Assembly (NCBI GenBank): GCA_963753395.1
Contig: CAVWBW010000009.1
Span: forward strand, 2,633-66,632
Direction of reading: 5' to 3'
DNA: 64,000 nucleotides
Source: an uncultured delta proteobacterium
Lineage (GTDB): Bacteria > Myxococcota_A > Polyangia > Polyangiales > Houyiibacteriaceae
In this document: positions 8,238 through 16,332 of the stretch, one piece after another
Numbering within the stretch: the stretch's first letter is position 1
Layout of the letters: each line of letters begins with the position of its first letter
Notes under the pieces: generated by a model
Database searches by the model: none
The model's input: only the letters and a program-made list of their open reading frames with translations
Told to the model about the DNA's origin: nothing
Position numbers and translations under genes: made by a program

Positions 8238-8576
8238 TCACTCCAATGCCGTGCCGCACTTGCTGCAGAACTTCTCCGGAGTGAACAGGTTTCGAGGTTG
8301 GGAAGCCCTCCCGCACCCGAGGCACACGCGGGTTTGAAAGGCCCCGACCCAGATCATGAAGACGGATACCGCCAAGAAGAAGATGGTGGCTCCCCAGTGG
8401 CCCATGAGAGCAACCATCAGGACAAGCATGCCGCAGATGATGGACGCAGTGACCAGCGTGACGGGCCGATGCCAACGCCTCTTGAACGCTGGATCTTTTC
8501 CTCGGAAGAGGAAGAAGGTGCCGATGGCCAATGCCAGCCAAATCGCGAAGTAGACCAGAAGGAGGGTTGCGTTCAT
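8238..8576 (-). CDS. membrane protein with a C-terminal zinc ribbon (112 aa)
   Basis: MNATLLLVYFAIWLALAIGTFFLF... has three hydrophobic segments, then CLGCG-x14-CSKCG. A paralog lies at 30968..31306. The longer track ORF (8238..9035) has an implausible P/R-rich extension. Confidence 0.75.
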   Translation of the reverse strand: MNATLLLVYFAIWLALAIGTFFLFRGKDPAFKRRWHRPVTLVTASIICGMLVLMVALMGHWGATIFFLAVSVFMIWVGAFQTRVCLGCGRASQPRNLFTPEKFCSKCGTALE

Positions 8577-8607
8577 CCGACGCTCGCCGTGGGAGGATAG
8601 CCCAGCT

Positions 8608-8643
8608 ACAGGCCGCGCGGCCTGTTGTTTTTGTCGTGTTTTT
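8608..8643 (+). terminator. hairpin plus T-tract element, copy 1 (acaggccgcgcggcctgt + tgtttttgtcgtgttttt)
   Basis: A perfect 16-nt GC palindrome (CAGGCCGCGCGGCCTG) is followed by a T-rich tract on the + strand. It is identical to the copy at 33215. Confidence 0.6.
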
Positions 8644-8717
8644 GAGCAACTTCGGGCGGGGGTGGTCGATGACCCAGCATGCGTGGAGGGTTTGCCGTGG
8701 GCGCGGAAAGCAAGTAT

Positions 8718-8951
8718 ATGGCAGATATGGCAAACCGGACGACGGTGGTGTTGACCGATGAGGATGAGCAGGCGCTTCGGGAGGCGAGCCGGCGTGAGGG
8801 GGTGTCGCAGTCGGAGCTGATTCGGCGGGGGGTTCGGATGGTGACGGCGGCGTATCGGCGGCGTGGGGGGCCGTCTGTTGGGTGGCTGACGTTGAGTCGG
8901 GCGGAGCGGAAGGCGCTGCAGGCCGATGAGTTTGGGGACTTCGACGGGTGA
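8718..8951 (+). CDS. vapB: ribbon-helix-helix (CopG/VapB-type) antitoxin
   Basis: It reads MADMANRTTVVLTDEDEQALREASRREGVSQSELIRRGVRMV. Its stop overlaps the GTG start of the PIN gene (GTGA). Confidence 0.8.
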   Translation: MADMANRTTVVLTDEDEQALREASRREGVSQSELIRRGVRMVTAAYRRRGGPSVGWLTLSRAERKALQADEFGDFDG

Positions 8952-9370
8952 AACAGTTGAGTGGGGGGCCGCTGATCTTGGATACCGGGGGGTGGCTCTA
9001 CGCGCTCGGGGGGGACGAGGCGTACGCGAGCGCATTGCGGGATGCGCGGCCTGCCATCGTGCCGTCGCTCGTGCTTGCTGAAGTCGATTGGCACTTGCGG
9101 AGGCGGCGGGAGGACATGGGGCGGCTGCTCAAGGAAGTGTCGCAGGGGGCCTATGCGTATGAGCCGATGACGTTCGATGATGTGGAGCGGGCGGCACAGG
9201 TGGATCGGAAGTTTGCGGACTTGGGGCTCGGGATTGTGGATGCGTCGATTGTGGCGTTGGCGGAGCGCTTGGATGTGCGGCGGATCTTGACGATTGACCG
9301 GGACTTCTCGGTGGTGCGGATGGGGAAGCGGTGGCGGAAGGCGTTTGAGCTGGTGGTGCCGCTTGGGTAG
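8948..9370 (+). CDS. vapC: PIN-domain toxin (VapC-type)
   Basis: It has LILDTGGWLYAL, ...VLAEVDW and ...LGIVDASIVALAERL..RRILTIDRDF, consistent with the conserved acidic PIN residues. Confidence 0.85.
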   Translation: MKQLSGGPLILDTGGWLYALGGDEAYASALRDARPAIVPSLVLAEVDWHLRRRREDMGRLLKEVSQGAYAYEPMTFDDVERAAQVDRKFADLGLGIVDASIVALAERLDVRRILTIDRDFSVVRMGKRWRKAFELVVPLG

Positions 9371-9379
9371 GAGGAGCCA

Positions 9380-9910
9380 ATGAGCTCGAAGGGCAGCGGT
9401 GACGGAGCGGACGTCGTGTTGGATAGCCCTATCGCCGCGCTGGCCGGGGGCATGAACGGCGTCTTCTTCGTAGTTGTGGTCGCGCTGGCCCTGCTGTTGC
9501 CGAACACGGAGGTTCACGACGGCTGGGTGTGGGTCCTCGGTGGGTTTTCCTCGTTCTTCTTCGTGACCAGCTGGTGGTACAGCGTTCGGACTTCGTTTCA
9601 CGGGGACTTCTTGGTCTTCGAACGAGGGATTGGGCCTCTGAAGCGAACGAGCAAAGTCAGCTACTCGAGCGTGGGGCGGGTGCGCGCTGAGGGCTGGGCA
9701 ATGACTGTGACGATGAGTCTGGACGATGGGCGTACACTGCGGATCGCGGATCTGTACACGAGGGTTCGTGGCGAGCTGCCCGAGGTCGCGTTCAAGGAAG
9801 GGGAATCGTCAGCTCCGATCCGTCGCATGCGACAGATTGCGAAACTGGTCGACCAGCGCATGGCGAGAGCGCGGGGTCTCGTGAGACCGCCGGATCCGCG
9901 GGTCGAGTGA
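9380..9910 (+). CDS. membrane protein, hypothetical
   Basis: AGGAGG lies upstream of an ATG 10 nt after the vapC stop. It has two TM segments followed by a soluble domain. No family was recognised. Confidence 0.65.
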   Translation: MSSKGSGDGADVVLDSPIAALAGGMNGVFFVVVVALALLLPNTEVHDGWVWVLGGFSSFFFVTSWWYSVRTSFHGDFLVFERGIGPLKRTSKVSYSSVGRVRAEGWAMTVTMSLDDGRTLRIADLYTRVRGELPEVAFKEGESSAPIRRMRQIAKLVDQRMARARGLVRPPDPRVE

Positions 9911-10077
9911 GCTTCGGGGCTCGGCGAAGTGGGCGCGCGGCCTGTTGATGTCTCGAGCTTGTGCACAACTTCTGAGGGCGATGGTCGATGAAAGGGTACG
10001 CGGAGCGCGGCCCCGACGCCCCACCAAGCCCAACCCCCGCTGATTGACTTCGTTCACCCAACAGGTGTACGCTCTCA

Positions 10078-10360
10078 ATGATCCGTCGGGTGGAAATCAC
10101 CAGGCGGGCGGAGAAGCAGGTGCGGTAGGCTCCCCGCGCATGTCGGCGAGAAGCGATTGCACTGGGTCTACTTCGTGAGGGAGATAGGCTTGGAGGAAGT
10201 TCGGAAGATTCCTGGGTTTCACGACGAGCCGCTGGTTGGTAAGCGGCGAGGCATGCGGAGCATTCGGTTGAGCCGCGGATACCGAGCGATGTACCGGCTC
10301 GTGCGTGAGGGGGACGTCGATGTCGTCTTCATCGAGGAGGTCAGCAAGCATGGCTACTAG
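10078..10360 (+). pseudogene. RelE/HigB-like toxin, frameshifted near 10120-10128
   Basis: MIRRVEITRRAEKQV is in one frame. RLPAHVGEKRLHWVYFVREIGLEEVRKIPGFHDEPLVGKRRGMRSIRLSRGYRAMYRLVREGDVDVVFIEEVSKHGY* is in the +1 frame. It is a paralog of the toxin at 12133. Confidence 0.6.
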
Positions 10361-10697
10361 GCGACGCAAGAAACGGCAGCACCCTGCTCGGTCGAAAGGC
10401 TCAGTGGATGCGTACGAGCTTCTCGAGAGCCTCTACGGACCCGTGACCCTCGGCGGCATGCTCTGGAGCCTCCGGGCGTGTGATGAAATCAGCCAGGCGG
10501 CATTCGCGGAGACGCTGGGCGTCAGCCGCTCGCATCTGTGCGATGTCGAGAAGGGGCGGAAGGTGGTGAGCCCGGAGCGGGCGGCCGCTTGGGCGAAGGT
10601 TCTTGGCTTCCCGCCAACGGTGTTCGTGAAGCTGGCGCTTCAGGAGCAGTTGGACCGGGCCGGGGTGAAGATGAATGTTGAAGTGGAGGCGGCGTGA
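10350..10697 (+). CDS. XRE-family HTH antitoxin
   Basis: MATRRRKKRQ... is followed by an HTH (ISQAAFAETLGVSRSHLCDVEKGRKVVSPERAAAWAKVLG). It overlaps the end of the toxin gene. Confidence 0.75.
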   Translation: MATRRRKKRQHPARSKGSVDAYELLESLYGPVTLGGMLWSLRACDEISQAAFAETLGVSRSHLCDVEKGRKVVSPERAAAWAKVLGFPPTVFVKLALQEQLDRAGVKMNVEVEAA

Positions 10698-10770
10698 CTA
10701 TGACCCACCTCGACCCGACGCTTTTCGTCACCGCCTTCAATGCCTGGGACCGCTACGACCATTCGCGCCA

Positions 10771-11835
10771 TCACCCGTCGATTGCGTAGAACTCGCGTGC
10801 GTTCTCGGCGAAGAACTTCGCCTTGTCTGCGTCGGTCCGCGTCGACAAGAGCGCGTCGAGGCCCGAGACGAGCGTGGCGTAGTCGATCGACACTTTGTCC
10901 ATCGGGAAGTTCGATTCGAACATGCACCGGTCGATTCCGATCGTCCCAATCGCCCATTCGATCAGCGGGCCAACGCGGTCGACGAACTCTTGTTCGCTCA
11001 TGGGCTGGTCCCGGTGCTCGGCGCCAAATCCGACGATCGGCATCAATAGCCCCCCGACCTTGAAGCGCACGTGAGGAATGCTCGCGAAGTTGGCGATCGC
11101 CTCTTTCCATTCGTTGGCGATGCGGACGCGTTCCGCGGGATTGCCGCCGAGCCCGCCGTAAGGGCCGGCGAGCGCGATCGGCGTTGCCAAGTGGCAGAGC
11201 ACCACCTTCGTTTCCGGTTGGGAGCGAACGAGGTCGCCGAACTCGTCGAGCTGATGGTGGTACATCCAGGCGTCGAAGCTAAGACCACGCTTGCCGAGGA
11301 GCGCGTAGCCTTCGCGCCATGCGGGGTTTCGAATGAGGCCTGGTTCGCGCGCGAAGTCGACGATGGCTTCGTTCGGGTGGGCCGCGAGCATGTCCCGAAC
11401 TCCACGGAAGCGTGTGCTCGCGCGCTGGTGTGCATCGAGCACGTCACCGAGATCCGGGGCCTCGAGATGGGCTGCACCGACGATGGCGCGGATCGTCGTT
11501 CCCGCGGGGTCGATGCTTTCGAGCCAACGGGTCTCGTCGACGAGGTCGATGTGCTGCTTGCCCTTCCAGCCCGCTTGAACGTGGACAATCCCTCGAAGCC
11601 GATCCCGGTAGCGCCCCCAATCGCTGGGCAAATCGCTCGGCAGATAGTGGTTCAGCGCGTACTCGCCGCGCCCGACGAAATCGACGAGAGGCTTCGGCAT
11701 GGCGTGGCGAACGACGAAGTCGAGCAAGCGCGGGCTCCAGCCAAAAAGCTTGACCGCGACGCTGGCTTCTCGCGGAGTGGTGCGCGGGTCCCATTGGTGA
11801 ACGTGCGAATCGACGATGGCAGGTGCGAGACTCAT
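10771..11835 (-). CDS. amidohydrolase-family protein
   Basis: It starts MSLAPAIVDSHVHQWD (an HxH metal motif) and is an intact 354-aa ORF. The track ORF extends further upstream through helicase-relic sequence and is not credible there. Confidence 0.9.
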   Translation of the reverse strand: MSLAPAIVDSHVHQWDPRTTPREASVAVKLFGWSPRLLDFVVRHAMPKPLVDFVGRGEYALNHYLPSDLPSDWGRYRDRLRGIVHVQAGWKGKQHIDLVDETRWLESIDPAGTTIRAIVGAAHLEAPDLGDVLDAHQRASTRFRGVRDMLAAHPNEAIVDFAREPGLIRNPAWREGYALLGKRGLSFDAWMYHHQLDEFGDLVRSQPETKVVLCHLATPIALAGPYGGLGGNPAERVRIANEWKEAIANFASIPHVRFKVGGLLMPIVGFGAEHRDQPMSEQEFVDRVGPLIEWAIGTIGIDRCMFESNFPMDKVSIDYATLVSGLDALLSTRTDADKAKFFAENAREFYAIDG

Positions 11836-11854
11836 GGGGGCTGACTCTAGACGA
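11711..11854 (-). repeat. segmental duplication copy A (amidohydrolase start plus about 20 nt upstream)
   Basis: Near-identical to 13432..13575, apart from a few substitutions and a 1-nt indel close to the ATG. Confidence 0.85.
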
Positions 11855-11883
11855 AATGCTGGCGTTTTGGGTTGTGAATGATG

Positions 11884-12036
11884 AGGTGCAGGCGCGTGTG
11901 GGGGCGCGACGTGCCTCCGCAGGTCACGCCGCGGCGCGGGTCGGTTTCGATCTCGGTGAGGGCGGCGAGGATGGCGACGTCGTTTTCTAGGCCCTTGAGG
12001 CCGGAGACGATGGGCCAGGTGATGATTCGTGAGCAA
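11884..12036 (-). repeat. R5: helicase-relic copy (ITWPIVSGLKGLENDVAILAALTEIETDPRRGV...LHLIIH)
   Basis: It matches R1, R6 and R7 at nt level and extends further 5' in gene sense than R1-R4. Confidence 0.8.
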
Positions 12037-12132
12037 GTGCTGGGGTCAGTGGTCGATGACGGGGTGTGAGGACGGTTTGCAACTGCCCAAGGTCGATCTT
12101 TGATATTAAATTTGGTATAGGGTGAATTGGTT

Positions 12133-12417
12133 ATGTGGCGGGTTGTCGAGGCGACTGGCATCGGGAGGCAACTCGGGCGCGCACCGAAGCAGGTGCAGGA
12201 GAAGTATGAGTTTTGGAGAAGCGTGGCGGAGCTCGATGGGCCGATGGGGCTTCAGCGGTTGCCGGGGTTTCGGGACCATGCGCTCAAGGGTGAGTGGAGG
12301 GGCGCGCGGTCGTCCGCACTATCCCGTCAGTGGCGGGTCATCTATGTGGTTGTCGGCGACGAGCTGACTGTGTTCGTGCTGGAGGTGAATCCTCATGACT
12401 ACCGGAAGAAAGACTAA
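12133..12417 (+). CDS. RelE/HigB-like toxin
   Basis: It reads MWRVVEATGIGRQLGRAPKQVQEKYEFWRSVAELDGPMGLQRLPGFRDHALKGEWRGARSSALSRQWRVIYVVVGDELTVFVLEVNPHDY. Confidence 0.8.
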   Translation: MWRVVEATGIGRQLGRAPKQVQEKYEFWRSVAELDGPMGLQRLPGFRDHALKGEWRGARSSALSRQWRVIYVVVGDELTVFVLEVNPHDYRKKD

Positions 12418-12688
12418 GGCGGCGCTCAAAGGGCGGTTCTCGCCAGCAAAGGTGCGGCGGCGGCTGTCGGTTGGGCAGTCCGTGCGCATCGCGCGAGAGC
12501 TCAATCAGCTCAGTCAGAACGAGCTTGCTCGGCTGACTCGGATTGCGCAGTCGACGATTTCGGCGATTGAGACGGACCGGGTGAAGCTCGGTGCGGAACG
12601 GGCGAAGACGCTCGCGCGGGCGCTCAAGGTGCATCCGGCGGTGCTGCTGTTTCCGGGCTGGCGAACGGAGGACGAGAGCGCGGCGTAG
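12395..12688 (+). CDS. XRE-family HTH antitoxin
   Basis: It contains SVRIARELNQLSQNELARLTRIAQSTISAIETDRVKLGAERAKTLARAL and overlaps the toxin gene by 23 nt. Confidence 0.85.
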   Translation: MTTGRKTKAALKGRFSPAKVRRRLSVGQSVRIARELNQLSQNELARLTRIAQSTISAIETDRVKLGAERAKTLARALKVHPAVLLFPGWRTEDESAA

Positions 12689-12695
12689 GGGCGTC

Positions 12696-12840
12696 GATGA
12701 GGCCTGCAGCCGTGTGTGCGCGCGACATGCCCACGTAGGCTCCGCCTCGGTGCCAGTCGGTTTCGATCTCGGTGAGGGCGGTGGGGATGACGACGTCGTT
12801 TTCTAGGCACTTCAAGCCGGAGGCGGTGGACCAGGTGATG
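12696..12840 (-). repeat. R6: helicase-relic copy (ITWSTASGLKCLENDVVIPTALTEIETDWHRGGAYVGMSRA...)
   Basis: It matches R1 and R5 at nt level. Similarity may continue to about 12900. Confidence 0.8.
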
Positions 12841-12899
12841 GTGTTTCTCTTCGTCGGCGCGCCGGGCTTTGAGGAGCAGGGCGGAGATCCGGCGCCTGG

Positions 12900-13331
12900 T
12901 CAGGCTTCGAGCATGTGCTTGATGTTCTCCATCGAGCTCTCGACGTTTCGCTGGTTTTGCTTCGAGATCAGGTGCTCGGCGAGCTTGCCGACAACCGGAA
13001 TCGGAATGGAGTACTGGACCTTCATCGTGAGCTTGGTGCCGCCTCCCTCTGGCTCGACGTCTGCAGCCCAGGTGCTCGACACCCCGCCCTGGCTTTCGGT
13101 GACCGTTCGGCGGTTGGGCACGTGCTCGATGGTCGTGCTCTGTCCTTTGAGCGGGATGCCCACCATCTTGAACGTCCAATGAAAGTGCCGGCCGACTCCG
13201 GGAGGGCCTTCCACCTCGGAGACCTCCATCATGCCTATCATCCATTCGGGGTCATTGAGTGGGTTGTCGATGTACTCGAATACCTTCTCAGCGGGTGCAT
13301 TGATGATGATGCTGTTCTCGATAGTTTCCAT
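12900..13331 (-). CDS. SRPBCC-superfamily (polyketide cyclase/START-like) protein
   Basis: It reads METIENSIIINAPAEKVFEYIDNPLNDPEWMIGMMEV...KLTMKVQYSIPIPVVGKLAEHLISKQNQRNVESSMENIKHMLE. GGAGG lies upstream of the ATG. Confidence 0.85.
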   Translation of the reverse strand: METIENSIIINAPAEKVFEYIDNPLNDPEWMIGMMEVSEVEGPPGVGRHFHWTFKMVGIPLKGQSTTIEHVPNRRTVTESQGGVSSTWAADVEPEGGGTKLTMKVQYSIPIPVVGKLAEHLISKQNQRNVESSMENIKHMLEA

Positions 13332-13384
13332 GGGTTGCCTCCGTTGGATGAGACAAGGTGACCATGGAAGGAGCGGTGGCGTCC

Positions 13385-13401
13385 ATACGTAATTCTTTCC
13401 T
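13385..13401 (-). promoter_or_regulatory. AT-rich motif AGGAAAGAATTACGTAT (gene-sense), site a
   Basis: It lies 53 nt upstream of the SRPBCC ATG. The same 17-mer occurs at 30892..30908 and its 10-nt core at 17571..17580, each in the same orientation relative to its gene. Confidence 0.45.
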
Positions 13402-13431
13402 CGGAATCCTCGCGGGAGAGCTCGCCCATGC

Positions 13432-13575
13432 GGCCGACGAAGTCGAGCAAGCGCGGGCTCCAGCCAAAGAGCTCGACCGCCACGCTGGCTTCTCGCGGAG
13501 TGGTGCGTGGGTCCCATTGGTGAACGTGCGAATCGATAATGGGAGGGGGAGACTCATGGGGCCTGACTCTAGACG
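13432..13575 (-). pseudogene. orphan 5' fragment of the amidohydrolase gene (duplication copy B)
   Basis: It reads MSL.. then a 1-nt deletion, then SHVHQWDPRTTPREASVAVELFGWSPRLLDFV, and diverges after that. It includes the same roughly 20 nt upstream of the ATG as copy A. Confidence 0.8.
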
Positions 13576-13972
13576 AGACTCTTGCGTCGCGGCGGGCCTA
13601 GCCGGAACAAAGGCACTCTCGGCGCGGCACGCGACGCGAGATCACGAGTCGTACCTCGAAACTTAGCTCTTGGAATGCGCCCGATGGGCTGAGAGAGCCC
13701 AATGAGCGAAGAGAGGATCTCGAACAGTTGGGGAGCGGGCCTTCATGCGCTTCACGCTAGCGTTCTTCCATCGCTTCACGACGGACGGAGGAGGGCGGTG
13801 ATTTCAGGCTTGCTCATGAGCTCGTCGTCCGTGTGTGCATCCACTGCGTGACTCGCTCGCACTGCGAAAATGCTGCGCGCCGTCGAGACGTTCGACCCAC
13901 TCGTTCCCAAGAGATTTCGCCGCTTGGCGCCTGGCATACAAGTTGCGTCGTGACGGTACCTAAGAGGTCGTC

Positions 13973-15718
13973 ATGTTGCGCAAATACGCTTTTCTGGTGG
14001 GTGTCCTAGTGGGGTTGTCGCTGCTGGCCGTCGTAGGCTGCAGCAATGACGGAGATGGTGAAGGCGGCGGCGAAGGAACGGCGCTCAGCCTGGACGGGGA
14101 GACCGCGATGCCCGCCACGGGCGGTGCGTCCGTTGCAGTCGATCGAGGCGTCGCGTTTTCGACCGTGATCTCGAGTATGCTCGCAGAGCTTGCCGTCGAC
14201 GCCCAATCGACTTCCGCAGCGGCGAAGATCAACGCTCCCTTGGAGATTTGTCCGGGAGGGGGTAGCGCGGTCCTCGACGGAGTGCTCGCAGGCAGCGAAA
14301 CGGCGTCACTCACTTTAATGGACTGCGTTGGCTCACCGCTTGGTGGCACGGCCAATGGAACACTACTGCTCGGAGATCTCACGGAAAGCTTTGTCGGCAC
14401 CACCCTCGAGGCCAGCGCCACCGCGTCGCTGGGCGGTCGAGGTGATAGCTATCCGGAATTCACGATCGATCCCAGCACCGTGCTCAGAGGCAACTTCGAG
14501 GTCCAAGCGGACATCACGCTGAGCTTCTCTCCCGAGATCACGGTGAGCCAAATCGACCTCGTGTTGGGACGTAGCGAGCCCGAACCGAGCAGTGACGACT
14601 GGATCCTCGTTGAAGATGAAGATGCAAGCGGAACGGAGTTGCGAGTGACGTGCTTCGAGATTTCCACGAGCATCGCCACTTCGCCATTCGCGATCAACTC
14701 CTTCCAGCCTCGGGGTGTTTTGGTTTTGGAGGGGGACGTCTACACGTTCAACGGCCCGGACATCGGTTTCGATGTCTCGGCTGGTAGTGCGATTCCCGTT
14801 TCCGGGACGATCGAGCTATCGAGCGGTGACCAGATGGGATGCGGCGAAGGTTCCGGAGATGGGTCGAGCGTGCAGGCAGAGCTCTACCAAGAAGGAGCCA
14901 CCACGTTCGTCAACGTGACGGCGACGGGCGCAGACGGGACGGTCTACGTATGCACTGAACAATGGGAGAACCTTCTCGCCACCCTGGGTGACCTCAACGC
15001 CTTCGAGCGCTGCCCGCCTGCTGTCGCAGGCGATGTGCTCACATGCTCCGAGGACGCCTTGCTGGACTTCAACGCCTATCTCGACCCGCTCATCGAGGTA
15101 CTCAAGCAGGTCGACAGCCCAGGGTCCGAAAACGACTTTCTCATCGACTGGACAAGCAGCGACGAAGCGGGGCTATTCGCGATCGGCGTCGACGCGGACG
15201 GCAGCGGAGGACCCGAGCGTGAGCTGTCCGGTAGGGTGACGCCCAAGGAACCCTGCTCGGGCGGTATGGAAAAAGACGACATCTGCATCCTGGAATGGAC
15301 CGTCAACATGAGGACGTCGTCCGCAGAGGAGGTCGCATATGGCCGCATCAGCGCTCTCGATTTCGGTGTCTCTCCTCTGACAAATACGAGCTCTCACCGA
15401 GTCCTGATCATCGACTTCGATCCGGATGATCCCGACAAGACCAACATCCAGATTGACCAAAGCAGCTTTTGCTCCATCGCCGTCAATCGATTTCAGATGC
15501 TCTGGCGGGGTGCAGACCCAGCGACCGGTTTTTCCGAAATGTACAACCTCGACATGGGTTTCGAAGCGTCCGTGCTGGGCGCGGCGACGGACAGTGGACG
15601 CGGCGACGTGATCTGGGGTAGCGGAACGGGCGCGGAGGCGACCATCACGTTCACGGTCGACGACGAGCGGTTCGACTGCGGTTTCGATGTGGACACGTTC
15701 GTAGTCTCCTGCCCCTGA
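13973..15718 (+). CDS. lipoprotein, hypothetical (581 aa)
   Basis: The signal and lipobox are MLRKYAFLVGVLVGLSLLAVVGC. The long ORF has an acidic, protein-like composition. The antisense ORFs over it are R/P-rich. Confidence 0.8.
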   Translation: MLRKYAFLVGVLVGLSLLAVVGCSNDGDGEGGGEGTALSLDGETAMPATGGASVAVDRGVAFSTVISSMLAELAVDAQSTSAAAKINAPLEICPGGGSAVLDGVLAGSETASLTLMDCVGSPLGGTANGTLLLGDLTESFVGTTLEASATASLGGRGDSYPEFTIDPSTVLRGNFEVQADITLSFSPEITVSQIDLVLGRSEPEPSSDDWILVEDEDASGTELRVTCFEISTSIATSPFAINSFQPRGVLVLEGDVYTFNGPDIGFDVSAGSAIPVSGTIELSSGDQMGCGEGSGDGSSVQAELYQEGATTFVNVTATGADGTVYVCTEQWENLLATLGDLNAFERCPPAVAGDVLTCSEDALLDFNAYLDPLIEVLKQVDSPGSENDFLIDWTSSDEAGLFAIGVDADGSGGPERELSGRVTPKEPCSGGMEKDDICILEWTVNMRTSSAEEVAYGRISALDFGVSPLTNTSSHRVLIIDFDPDDPDKTNIQIDQSSFCSIAVNRFQMLWRGADPATGFSEMYNLDMGFEASVLGAATDSGRGDVIWGSGTGAEATITFTVDDERFDCGFDVDTFVVSCP

Positions 15719-15828
15719 ATAGGGGGTGTGTCGGCGCACGTGCCGCAGTAAAGGAGTCGGCCAACGCAAGGCGTCGCGACGCCTTCGACGACGCGCAGTG
15801 TCTCCTCGTGTGGTCGCGCGTCCGCTGA

Positions 15829-16194
15829 TACAATCGACGTGGCGATGACGAAACCAACGCGGTCGTAGTTCTACATCACATCGGCGCGAAGACGGGCCAG
15901 GCGTGGCAAACGCCGCTGCTCTACTTCACTGAGGGCCAGAACGTGATTCTCGTCGCTGGGAATGGGGGCTTAGCGAACCATCCCGCTTGGCTGCACAATG
16001 TCCGCGCCAATCCGAACGTGGAGCTGTGGGTCGGCAAGCGTGGAGGCCCTTACCGCGCGCGTGTCGCCAACGCTGAAGAGCGGGCTACCCTCTGGCCCAA
16101 AGCGAGCGGCCTCTACTCCGGGTACGAGCGCTATCAGGAACTTGCGGGCGACCGCGAGATCAAGCTTGTCATCTGCGTGCCGCGCGGCTCGTGA
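15829..16194 (+). pseudogene. deazaflavin-dependent nitroreductase-family (DUF385-like) protein, N-terminally truncated
   Basis: Family-like sequence (VVVLHHIGAKTGQAWQTPLLYFTEGQNVILVAGNGGLANHPAWLHNVRANPNVELWVG...ERATLWP...YERYQ) is open from 15829. No ATG, GTG or TTG occurs before the GTG at 15943. Confidence 0.5.
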
Positions 16195-16332
16195 TGGGTC
16201 CGGCCTCGTTCGGATGCGGTCCCCGGGTTTGAACACCCGCGTACAGATACGACGCTGGAAATGTCCGACCGAGGTTGACGGCGGAATCCTCTCCCTTTCC
16301 AGGCGCGCTGGTTTCGCAGTACATTCGGTGAT

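Noticed and set aside
7154-9601. Minus-strand ORFs 7154..8182, 7969..8733 and 8606..9601, and the long N-terminal extension of 8238..9035.
   Set aside because: They are chimeric reading frames that run through helicase relics, intergenic DNA and the opposite strand of vapBC. They are P/R-rich. Only the 112-aa Zn-ribbon membrane protein part is credible.
6475-12840. The idea that the repeat-cassette array is a chromosomal integron.
   Set aside because: There is no IntI-type integrase or attI in the window. The repeats are coding-derived helicase fragments rather than imperfect palindromic attC sites with RYYYAAC/GTTRRRY cores. Cassette genes are in both orientations.
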